A stretch of DNA of 44,087 nucleotides from Solirubrobacterales bacterium (GTDB lineage Bacteria; Actinomycetota; Thermoleophilia; Solirubrobacterales; 70-9): contig JBQCIG010000256.1 in assembly GCA_051953975.1 (NCBI GenBank), positions 1 to 44,087 on the forward strand. Reading direction: 5' to 3'. Below are positions 1 through 7,840 of the stretch, one piece after another (the stretch's first letter is position 1; every line of letters starts with the position of its first letter). The translations under genes and the position numbers were made by a program. Below the pieces are notes generated by a model. The model ran no database searches and had not been told where the DNA came from. It saw nothing but the letters and a program-made list of their open reading frames with translations.

Positions 1-748
1 CTTCAAGGTCGCCGGCACCAAGGACGGCATAACCGCCCTGCAGATGGACATCAAGATCACCGGCGTCACATTCGACATTTTGCGTGACGCGTTGGCCCAG
101 GCCAACGCGGGCCGCCAGTTCATCCTCGGCAAGATGGCCGAGGCGATCGACGGGGCGCGGGAGAAACTCTCCGTGCACGCACCGGCGATCGAGTCGATCA
201 AGATCGACCCGGAGAAGATCGGGGCGGTCATCGGCAAAGGCGGCGAAACGATTCGCGCCCTCTGCGAGGAGTTCGAAGCGGAGATCGACGTCGAAGACGA
301 CGGCACTGTGCGGATCTACGCTCCGACCGGCGAACTGGTCGAAGCGTGCGTCGCACGGATCGAGTCGATGACCAAGGAGGCCGAGATCGGCGACCGCTAC
401 GACAGCGCCAAGGTCGTGAAGACGACCACCTTCGGCGCCTTCGTCGAGCTGGTCAAGGGCACTGACGGCCTGCTTCACATCTCCAACGTGAAGCCGGGCG
501 AGCGGGTCGACTCCGTCGACGACGTCCTCAAAGCAGGCGAAGAAATCGACGTCACTGTGGTCGAGGTCGACAAGGAGCGCGGCCGGATCGGCCTGCGCCT
601 CTCCAGCGACCCCTCCGTCGCCGGCAAATCGCCCGAGGAACTGGCCGCGGTCGGCTCCGGCGACGGCGGTCGGCGCAACGGCGGCGACCGGGGCGGTCGC
701 GGTGGCCGCGATCGCGGCCGCGGGCGTGAACGCGAGCGTCGCGGCTAA
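1..748 (+). CDS. pnp: Polynucleotide phosphorylase, C-terminal part (5' end lies outside the window)
   Basis: The frame is open from the window edge (FKVAGTKDGITALQMDIKITG). A KH-like segment (GKGGETIRAL) and an S1 domain (FGAFVELVKGTDGLLHIS) follow, then an RGG-rich tail. TAA stop at 746-748. Confidence 0.92.
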   Translation, partial: FKVAGTKDGITALQMDIKITGVTFDILRDALAQANAGRQFILGKMAEAIDGAREKLSVHAPAIESIKIDPEKIGAVIGKGGETIRALCEEFEAEIDVEDDGTVRIYAPTGELVEACVARIESMTKEAEIGDRYDSAKVVKTTTFGAFVELVKGTDGLLHISNVKPGERVDSVDDVLKAGEEIDVTVVEVDKERGRIGLRLSSDPSVAGKSPEELAAVGSGDGGRRNGGDRGGRGGRDRGRGRERERRG

Positions 749-2024
749 CTTGGGCGGCGCAAGGCTCACCGAGCTCGGCTCGGGCGTCCAGTTCGTGACC
801 GAGGAGGTTCCCTCGGTCCGATCCGTCGCGCTCGGGCTCTGGGTCCGGACCGGCTCCAGGAACGAGACTCCGGCGCAGGCCGGGGTCTCGCACTTCCTCG
901 AGCACCTGCTGTTCAAGGGGACCGCCCGCTACTCGGCGATCGAGATCTCCGAGCGCTTCGACGGGCTCGGCGCCTCGGTCAACGCCGCCACCGGCAAGGA
1001 GACGACGCACCTGCACGCGCGCTTCCTCGACGAGCACACCGAGGAGGTCTTCGACCTGCTGGCGGAAATGCTGCTGGCGCCGACCTACCCGGACATCGAC
1101 TCCGAGCGCCAGGTGGTGCTGGAGGAGATCGCGATGTACGACGACGAGCCGCAGGACCGGGTCCACGACGTCCTCGCCGAGGCCGTCTTCGGCTCGCACC
1201 CGCTGGGCCGGCGGGTGCTGGGCGAGGCCGAGGTGATCGCCTCGATCCCGATTCCCGACATCGAGGCCTACCACCAGGCCCACTACGCGGCCCCGGCGAT
1301 CGTCGTCGGCGCCGCCGGCCACCTCGAGCACGAGCGCATCGTCGAGTTGGCCGAGCGGCTGGTGCAACCGCCGGCGGAGCTGAACGGGGCTGTCGTGGAG
1401 GCAGAGCTCGACGGCGACCCCCGCCTCTGCTTCCTCAGCAAGGAGACCGAGCAGTACCACATCTGCTTCGGGGCGCCGGGGCTGCGGCGCGACGACGAGC
1501 GTCGCTTCCCGCTGGCGGTCCTCGACGCGATCTTCGGCGGCTCCACTTCCTCGCGCCTCTTCCGCGAGGTGCGCGAGAAGCGCGGGCTCGCCTACTCGGT
1601 CGGCTCCTACAACGAGCAGTTCACCGACCAGGGGCTGGTCGCCACCTACGTCGGCACCCGCGAGGACAACATCGAGGAGGCCTGCGCGATCATCGGCGCC
1701 GAGATGGCGCGGCTGCGTTCCGAGCCGGTCTCCGAGGAGGAGCTGGCGCGGGCGAAGGAGAGCGTCAAGGGCCGGCTCGTGCTCTCGTCAGAGTCGACGG
1801 CGGCGCGGATGACGCGAATCTCCCGCGCGACCCTCTTCGGCCTGCCGATCGAAAGCCTCGACCAGATGCTGGCCAAGGTCGACGCGATCCAGGTCGACGA
1901 CCTGAGCGAGCTGGCGCGCGAGCTCTACGTCGCCGAGCGCCTCTCCGCCGCCTGCGTCGGAGCCGACGAGGACCGCTTCCGCAAGGCACTGGCGCCGGTC
2001 AGCGAGGCCCTGGTAGCGGCATGA
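702..2024 (+). CDS. M16 (pitrilysin-family) zinc peptidase
   Basis: HFLEHLLFKG contains the HxxEH inverted zincin motif. The 440-aa size fits the M16 two-domain fold. The start is uncertain: ATG 702 overlaps pnp by 47 nt, and an in-frame TTG at 750 lies just after the pnp stop. Confidence 0.85.
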   Translation: MAAIAAAGVNASVAANLGGARLTELGSGVQFVTEEVPSVRSVALGLWVRTGSRNETPAQAGVSHFLEHLLFKGTARYSAIEISERFDGLGASVNAATGKETTHLHARFLDEHTEEVFDLLAEMLLAPTYPDIDSERQVVLEEIAMYDDEPQDRVHDVLAEAVFGSHPLGRRVLGEAEVIASIPIPDIEAYHQAHYAAPAIVVGAAGHLEHERIVELAERLVQPPAELNGAVVEAELDGDPRLCFLSKETEQYHICFGAPGLRRDDERRFPLAVLDAIFGGSTSSRLFREVREKRGLAYSVGSYNEQFTDQGLVATYVGTREDNIEEACAIIGAEMARLRSEPVSEEELARAKESVKGRLVLSSESTAARMTRISRATLFGLPIESLDQMLAKVDAIQVDDLSELARELYVAERLSAACVGADEDRFRKALAPVSEALVAA

Positions 2025-2686
2025 CGCGCGTTGCCGTCGCCGGCGCCGCCGGCAAAATGGGCCAGGCGGTCTGCGAGGCGGTCGAGGGCGCCGAGGACCT
2101 GGAGCTGAGCGGTCGCGCCGATCCCGCTTTGGGGGTCGAGCTGGGCGAGGTGCTGGGTGAGGCCGACGTCGTCGTCGACTTCACCGTCCCCGACGTCGCG
2201 CTCGAGAACGTCCGCGCCTGCCTCAAAGCCGGCGTCCACGCGGTCGTCGGCACCACCGGCTTCGACCTCGACGCCGCCCGCGCGGCGGCCGAGGCGGCGC
2301 AGGCGAACTGCTTCGTCGCCCCCAACTTCGCGATCGGCGCGGTGCTGCTGATGGAGGTCTCGCAGACGATCGCCCGCCACATGCCCGAGTGCGAGATCGT
2401 CGAGCTCCACCACGACAAAAAGCTCGATGCGCCCTCGGGCACGGCGAAGCGCACCCAGGAGCTGATCGACGCCGCCGGCGGCAACGTCCACCAGCCGATC
2501 CACTCGGTCCGGCTGCCGGGGCTGGTCGCCCACCAGGAAGTGATCTTCGGCGGGGTGGGGCAGACGCTCTCGCTCCGCCACGACTCGATCGACCGCCGCT
2601 CCTTCATGCCCGGGGTGCTGCTGGCCTGCCGCAAGGTCGCCGAGCTGCCCGACCGCTTCACGGTCGGTCTGGAGAAGCTGCTGTAG
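2021..2686 (+). CDS. dapB: 4-hydroxy-tetrahydrodipicolinate reductase
   Basis: N-terminal VAVAGAAGKMG dinucleotide fold and the ELHHDKKLDAPSGTA signature. ATGA start/stop overlap with the upstream gene. Confidence 0.93.
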   Translation: MTRVAVAGAAGKMGQAVCEAVEGAEDLELSGRADPALGVELGEVLGEADVVVDFTVPDVALENVRACLKAGVHAVVGTTGFDLDAARAAAEAAQANCFVAPNFAIGAVLLMEVSQTIARHMPECEIVELHHDKKLDAPSGTAKRTQELIDAAGGNVHQPIHSVRLPGLVAHQEVIFGGVGQTLSLRHDSIDRRSFMPGVLLACRKVAELPDRFTVGLEKLL

Positions 2687-2736
2687 ATGGCGCTTCGGGT
2701 CGCAGCGGTGCCGCCGGACGGGATACCCTGGCACTG

Positions 2737-3609
2737 ATGAAGGAGATCAAGGGAGTCCTCACCGCGATGGCCACCCCGTTCGACGAGAGCGGGGCGGTCG
2801 ATCACGACGCGGCCCGGCGCCTGGCCACGCACCTCCTCGAGCACGGCTCGCACGGGCTGGTGATCGCCGGCACCACGGGCGAGTGCCCGACGCTGACCGA
2901 CGAGGAGGAGATCGAGCTGCTGCGGGCGGTCCGGGCCGAGGTGGGGGACGAGGCGCTCCTCATCTGCGGCACCGGCACCAACGACACCCGCCACTCCTGC
3001 GAGCTGACGAAGATGGCGGCCGAGGCCGGCGCCGACGCCTCGCTCGTCGTCTGCCCCTACTACAACAAGCCCAACCGGGCCGGCATCCGCGCCCACTTCG
3101 AAGCGGTCGCCGCCGCCGTTCCGGAGCTGCCGATGGTGCTGTACAACATCCCCTCGCGGGTGATCATCAACGCCGATCCCGAGCTGCTGGCCGAGCTGGG
3201 GCAGGTCGACAACATCGTCGCCGTCAAGCAGGCTAACGACGCCGAGCTGGGGCCGATTGAGGGGCTGACCGTCCTCGCCGGCAACGACAACACCTTCCTG
3301 CGCGTGCTCGAGTTCGGCGGCGGAGGCGGCATCCTCGTCGCCGCGCACATCGTCGGCGAGCGGATGCGGGAGATGTGGGAGGCGGCGCAGGCCGGCGACC
3401 TCGAGACCGCGCGGCGGATCGACGCCGAGATCACCCCCGCCTACGAGGCCACCTCGGTCACCACCAACCCGATCCCGCTAAAGGCGGCCCTGGCGATGCT
3501 GGGGCTCTGCGAGGACCGACTGCGACTTCCCCTGGTTTCCGCCGACCCCGAGCAGCGGGCCGCCATCAAGGCCGGTCTCGACGCCGCCGGTGTCGCCGTT
3601 GCCAGTTAG
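2737..3609 (+). CDS. dapA: 4-hydroxy-tetrahydrodipicolinate synthase
   Basis: MKEIKGVLTAMATPF, GTTGECPTLT, YNIPSR and AVKQAN motifs typical of DapA. I chose ATG 2737 inside the long ORF 2389..3609, because the upstream part overlaps dapB and is Arg/Pro-rich shadow sequence. Confidence 0.92.
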   Translation: MKEIKGVLTAMATPFDESGAVDHDAARRLATHLLEHGSHGLVIAGTTGECPTLTDEEEIELLRAVRAEVGDEALLICGTGTNDTRHSCELTKMAAEAGADASLVVCPYYNKPNRAGIRAHFEAVAAAVPELPMVLYNIPSRVIINADPELLAELGQVDNIVAVKQANDAELGPIEGLTVLAGNDNTFLRVLEFGGGGGILVAAHIVGERMREMWEAAQAGDLETARRIDAEITPAYEATSVTTNPIPLKAALAMLGLCEDRLRLPLVSADPEQRAAIKAGLDAAGVAVAS

Positions 3610-3636
3610 AACTTCCTAAGAGAGAGTGAGTAACTA

Positions 3637-5301
3637 GTGCCAAGCAAGCTTCGCGTGCTGCCCTTGGGTGGCCTCGGCGAGATCGGCAAGAACATGACCG
3701 TGATCGAGTACGACGGCCGCATCGTCGTCATCGACACCGGGCTGATGTTCCCGACCGCCGAGATGCACGGAATCGACCTCGTGTTGCCGGACTTCTCCTA
3801 CCTGCGCGACCGCGCCGAGGACATCGAGGCGATCGTCCTCACCCACGGCCACGAGGACCACGTCGGGGCGCTGCCCTACGTGCTGAAAGAGATCGGGATG
3901 CCGCCGGTGATCTACGGCGGCCTGCTGACCGTGGGGATGGTCCGCTCCAAGCTCGACGAGCACAAGCTCGGCGAGTCGGCGCCGCTGCAGGAGCTGCCGC
4001 CGGGGGAGAAGGTGCAGTGCGGTCCCTTCCAGATCGAGCTGATCCACCTCGCCCACTCGATCCCTGACATGCGGGCGGTGCTGCTCAGCACCGAGCTGGG
4101 ATCGGTGCTGATGACCGGCGACTACAAGTTCGACCAGACCCCGGTCGACGGCCGTCCCGCAGACGTCTCGCGCCTCGCCGAGCTCGGCAAGGAAGGGCTG
4201 CTGCTGCTCTGCGGCGATTCCACCAACGCCGACCGCCCCGGGGTGGCGCCGTCGGAGTCGGCGGTGGGCCCGGCGCTACTGCAGCAGTTTGCCCGCTGCA
4301 AGGGCCGGATCATCGTCACCTCGTTCGCCTCGAACATCCACCGCGTGCAGCAGGTGATCGACGCGGCGGCGCGGCTCGACCGCAAGGTCGCCCTGGTCGG
4401 GCGCTCGATGCGCAAGAACTTCAACATCGCCTCCAACCTGGGCCTGGCCAAAGCGCCGGACGGGATCTTCGTGCAGCCGCGCGAAATCGAGGACTTCCCC
4501 GACGAGAAAGTGGTCGTGATCTCGACCGGCAGCCAGGGCGAGCCGCTCTCGGCGCTGCGGCGGATGGCCAACAACGACCACCGCGACGTGCAGCTGCACT
4601 CCGGCGACACCGTCGTCTTCTCGGCGACGCCGGTGCCCGGGAACGAGCGCGCCGTCAACGAGACGATCGACCGCATCTACGAGATCGGCGCCACCGTGAT
4701 CACCGCCCAGGACGCCCCGATCCACGCCTCCGGCCACGGCTGGCAGGAGGAGCTGAAGCTGATGCTGAACCTGACGAAACCGCGCTACGTGATGCCGGTG
4801 CACGGCGATCACAAGCGGCTGCGGCTGCACTCCCAGCTGGCCGAAGCGGTCGGCATCGACGCCGGCGACATCTTCCGCGGCCGCAACGGGCTGCCGCTGG
4901 AGATCGACGCCGGCGGTGCCCGTTTCGGCGAGGACATCCACGCCGGGGTCATCTACGTCGACGGCGTCAACATCGGCGAGCCCGACGACGCCGCCCTGCG
5001 CGACCGTCGCGAAATCTCCGCCGACGGCATCTTCATCGTCGTCGCCACCGTCTCCAGCGACGACGGTGCGATCGTCGCCGACCCCGAGGTGATCTTCCGC
5101 GGCGTCGCCTTCCTCGAGGAAGCCGACGCGCTGGTCGAGGACCTCAAGGACCTGGTCGAAGACGAGCTCGAAGACGCCTCCGGCCACGGCCACCGCGAGG
5201 CCCACCTGATCGAGGAGGACCTGCACGAGGCGATCGGCAAGTTCGTCTGGCAGCGCCTCCGCCGCCGGCCGATGGTGCTGCCGGTGATCATCGAGGTGTA
5301 G
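3637..5301 (+). CDS. rnj: Ribonuclease J (beta-CASP metallo-beta-lactamase RNase)
   Basis: HGHEDHVGALP (HxHxDH motif), 554 aa, beta-CASP architecture. GTG start. Sits in the conserved position after dapA. Confidence 0.9.
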   Translation: MPSKLRVLPLGGLGEIGKNMTVIEYDGRIVVIDTGLMFPTAEMHGIDLVLPDFSYLRDRAEDIEAIVLTHGHEDHVGALPYVLKEIGMPPVIYGGLLTVGMVRSKLDEHKLGESAPLQELPPGEKVQCGPFQIELIHLAHSIPDMRAVLLSTELGSVLMTGDYKFDQTPVDGRPADVSRLAELGKEGLLLLCGDSTNADRPGVAPSESAVGPALLQQFARCKGRIIVTSFASNIHRVQQVIDAAARLDRKVALVGRSMRKNFNIASNLGLAKAPDGIFVQPREIEDFPDEKVVVISTGSQGEPLSALRRMANNDHRDVQLHSGDTVVFSATPVPGNERAVNETIDRIYEIGATVITAQDAPIHASGHGWQEELKLMLNLTKPRYVMPVHGDHKRLRLHSQLAEAVGIDAGDIFRGRNGLPLEIDAGGARFGEDIHAGVIYVDGVNIGEPDDAALRDRREISADGIFIVVATVSSDDGAIVADPEVIFRGVAFLEEADALVEDLKDLVEDELEDASGHGHREAHLIEEDLHEAIGKFVWQRLRRRPMVLPVIIEV

Positions 5302-5320
5302 CCCCGGCGCTTGTTGGTAG

Positions 5321-5422
5321 GAGGGACGGATGCCCCTCCGCTGGAGACCGTATGTACTTGCGGGGACCGATGAGCTCAGGCAGCTTGACCCAAAGCCTCC
5401 ATCGGAGGGGCACCCGTCCCTC
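5321..5422. repeat. Long imperfect inverted repeat (hairpin of about 100 nt) 20 nt downstream of rnj
   Basis: GAGGGACGGATGCCCCTCCG (5321-5340) pairs with CGGAGGGGCACCCGTCCCTC (5403-5422): 20 bp with one A/C mismatch. The stem extends by TGGAG/CTCCA (5342-5346/5397-5401). No U-tract follows. Confidence 0.5.
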
Positions 5423-5503
5423 TGGCGACAGGCTTCCTCTGGTTCGAGATTTTGCTGCCTCGGAGCGTCTGCCAGGGCTCGCTCGTTGGAGCCGCAAACG
5501 CGC

Positions 5504-5550
5504 AAAGAAAAAGCCCGCCGAGGCAGTGTCTGGGGAGAACCTCGGCGGGC
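5504..5550 (-). terminator. Intrinsic terminator of the two-component operon
   Basis: GCCCGCCGAGG (5513-5523) and CCTCGGCGGGC (5540-5550) form an 11-bp perfect stem. On the minus strand it is followed by TTTTTCTTT. It lies 38 nt downstream of the kinase stop. Confidence 0.6.
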
Positions 5551-5588
5551 CAGTGTGTCTCGTCCGCAGCGGAATCTACGACCGAGGT

Positions 5589-7058
5589 CTAAAGCGCCTC
5601 TAAAGGTTTTGCAGCGGATTTGTAGGTCTCGGCGAGGGGGATGCGGGCGACGAAGAGAGCGCCGCCGGATCTCGACTCGGTGGCCTCGACGCTGCCGCCG
5701 TGGGACTCGGCGACGGCACTGACGATCGAGAGGCCGAGGCCGGTGCCGTTGCCGCGGGCGGTGTCGGCGGGACCCAGGCCACGGACGAAGCGGTCGAAGA
5801 CCTGGGTCCGCATCGACTCCGGAATGCCGGGCCCGTTGTCGCCGACTTCGACCACGGCGTCGGCCCCGTCTTCGCGCAGCGTCAGTTCGATGCAGGCGTC
5901 GGGCTGAGTGTGGCGGATCGCGTTGTCGAGCAGGTTGAGGACCATGCGGTGCAGCTCGTCGCGGCTGCCTTCGACCCGCAGCGGCCGCTCGTTCTCGATC
6001 GCGAATTCGCGCTTACCCATCAGCGGCGCGGCCTCGGCGGCGGCGTCGCCGGCGACTTCGGCCAGGTCGACCCGGCGGTGCGCATCCAGCCGCCCCGCGT
6101 CGGCGCGCGCCAGCAGCAGCAGATCGCTGACCAGCCGCCCCATCCGCCGCGAGGAGCGCAGGGCCGAATCGACGATCTCCCGGTCGTCGGCCTGGTCGGC
6201 TTTGTCGAGCGAAGCCTGCAGCAGCTCCAGGTTGGCGAGCACGCTGGTCAACGGCGTGCGCAGCTCGTGCGAGGCGTCGGCGACGAACTCGCGCTGCTTC
6301 TGCATCACGCCCTCGCGTTCTTCCCGGGCAGCGTCGAGGGAGCGCAGCATGTTCTCCAGGGTTCGCGCGAGTTCGCCCACCTCGTCGTCGGCGGTCGGCT
6401 TCGGCATCTGCTCCGAGGGGTCGCGGGTGGTGGCGATCTTGCGGGCGGTGGCGGTGAGGGAGGCGATCGGGCGCATCGCCCGCCCGGCGATCGCCACCCC
6501 GGCGAAGATCGCCAGCAGGGTGCCGCCGAGGATGCCGGCCCCGATCAGCAGCCAGACCCGGTCGATCGTCGAGTCGACGTGGGCGAGGCTGCGGCCGTAC
6601 TGGACCGCGCCCAGCGATTCGCCTGCTTCGCCCTTGATCTCTTCGGTCACGACGCGCATGCCGCCGTAGTCCCTGATCCCCAGATCGGGCGGGCCCATCG
6701 GATCGGACCCTTCGCTTTCGCCAATCAGGTTGCCGCGGACGTCGTAGATGCGGATCGAGGCGTCGTCGGGAAGCGCAAAGGTGTCCAGCTGGGGAACGTG
6801 CGTGATCTGTCCCTGCCCGAAAAGGGAGTATTCGATTTTGGTTTCGCCGGCGAGGATCTGAACCGCGGTGCTCACCTCGTTGTTGAAGTCGTCGCGGATT
6901 CGCTGGGTGGCGATCTGGCCGATCGCGCCGCCGAACAGCATCAAGATCGCCAGGGTCAGCCCCGAGGAGACGGCCGCCAAGCGCCAGCGCACCGGCCAGG
7001 AGCGCGGGTGCAGGAGGCGCCGGCCAGCGCGACCGAGACGACTGCCGAGCCCCCCCAT
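5589..7058 (-). CDS. Sensor histidine kinase (two TM segments, HAMP, HisKA, HATPase_c)
   Basis: H-box ASHELRTPLTS, N-box LLDNAIRHT, G-boxes DNGPGIP and GTGLGLSIV. N-terminal TM segments flank a sensor domain of about 130 aa. ATG follows the regulator stop directly (TAGATG). Confidence 0.88.
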   Translation of the reverse strand: MGGLGSRLGRAGRRLLHPRSWPVRWRLAAVSSGLTLAILMLFGGAIGQIATQRIRDDFNNEVSTAVQILAGETKIEYSLFGQGQITHVPQLDTFALPDDASIRIYDVRGNLIGESEGSDPMGPPDLGIRDYGGMRVVTEEIKGEAGESLGAVQYGRSLAHVDSTIDRVWLLIGAGILGGTLLAIFAGVAIAGRAMRPIASLTATARKIATTRDPSEQMPKPTADDEVGELARTLENMLRSLDAAREEREGVMQKQREFVADASHELRTPLTSVLANLELLQASLDKADQADDREIVDSALRSSRRMGRLVSDLLLLARADAGRLDAHRRVDLAEVAGDAAAEAAPLMGKREFAIENERPLRVEGSRDELHRMVLNLLDNAIRHTQPDACIELTLREDGADAVVEVGDNGPGIPESMRTQVFDRFVRGLGPADTARGNGTGLGLSIVSAVAESHGGSVEATESRSGGALFVARIPLAETYKSAAKPLEAL

Positions 7059-7751
7059 CTAAGCCTTGAGGACGTAGCCGGCGCCGCGTTTGGTGTGGAG
7101 CAGCCGCGTCTCGCCACCGGCCTCGAGCTTGCGCCGCAGGTTGGAGATGAAGACGTCGATCGTGTTGGTCGCGGCCATCGGGTCATACCCCCAGACCTCG
7201 TCGAGGAGCCGCTCTCGGGAGACGACGAGGCGCTCATTGCGCATCAGGAACTCGAGCAGCTCGAACTCGCGGTTGGTCAGCTCGATCTCGCGCTCGCCGC
7301 GTCGCACTTCGCGCGTGTCGGGGTTGAGGACGAGGTCGCCCACCTCCAGCGAGGCGGCGCCGCGGGGGGGACGACGCCGCAGCAGCGCCCGGATCCGCGC
7401 CAGCAGCTCTTTGCGCTCGAACGGCTTCACCAGGTAGTCGTCGGCGCCGCTGTCGAGGCCGGTGACCCGGTCCTCGGTCTCGGCTCGGGCGGTCAGCATC
7501 AGGATCGGCACATCGCCGTCGCTGCGCAGCCGCCTGCAGACCTCGACCCCGTCGAGCCCAGGCAAGCCGAGGTCGAGCACGACCAGGTCCGGGACGAAGC
7601 CGGCGGCGACGTCGAGCGCCTCGATCCCGTCGGCCGAGGTGCGGACTTCGTAGCCCTCGTTGCGCAGCGAGCGGCGCAGGACGTCGGCGATGTCCTCGTC
7701 GTCCTCGACGACCAGGACCCGACCGCCAATTTGGTCGACTTCTGAGAGCAC
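7059..7751 (-). CDS. OmpR/PhoB-family response regulator
   Basis: Receiver domain (VLVVEDDEDI, DLVVLDLGLPGLDG, KPF) plus a winged-helix output domain (LTNREFELLEFL, RGAGYVL). GTG start. Confidence 0.9.
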   Translation of the reverse strand: MLSEVDQIGGRVLVVEDDEDIADVLRRSLRNEGYEVRTSADGIEALDVAAGFVPDLVVLDLGLPGLDGVEVCRRLRSDGDVPILMLTARAETEDRVTGLDSGADDYLVKPFERKELLARIRALLRRRPPRGAASLEVGDLVLNPDTREVRRGEREIELTNREFELLEFLMRNERLVVSRERLLDEVWGYDPMAATNTIDVFISNLRRKLEAGGETRLLHTKRGAGYVLKA

Positions 7752-7840
7752 GCACCGATGTTAGCCGCGAAAAACGCCGCTCCGCCCGGCTTTTAGGGCG
7801 AATTTAGCTCGGCAGGTGTGGCGGGATCGGCGTCGAACGG

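Noticed and set aside
2389-2736. 5' extensions of the longest ORFs: dapA 2389-2736, recA 15392-15502, dut 25428-25508, NMO 25628-25945, MTase 28416-28577, murT 29807-30271, MTase 39344-39631, thiolase 41452-41943, AcpA-like 37244-37741 and DsbA-like 33821-33877.
   Set aside because: The extensions overlap the preceding gene and are Arg/Pro-rich. Internal starts with RBS-like sequences, or ATGA/GTGA/TTGA coupling, coincide with the beginning of family-typical N-termini.
5436-5460. A tRNA-like T-loop (GGTTCGAGAT).
   Set aside because: The flanking bases cannot form a T-stem, and no acceptor or anticodon arms are evident. I found no tRNA gene in the window.
5700-7745. 681-aa plus-strand ORF, together with similar long ORFs: 19763..21421(-), 21948..24317(+), 35159..37303(+), 37267..38949(+), 15431..17215(-), 29884..31725(+), 1999..3348(-), 4276..5505(-), 8132..9325(-), 10558..11703(-), 25757..26893(-) and 40312..41565(+).
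   Set aside because: These are antisense or alternative-frame shadow ORFs of recognisable genes, typical of very GC-rich DNA. Their translations are Arg/Ala/Gly/Pro-rich, carry no family motifs and lack the GC3 pattern of the real frames.
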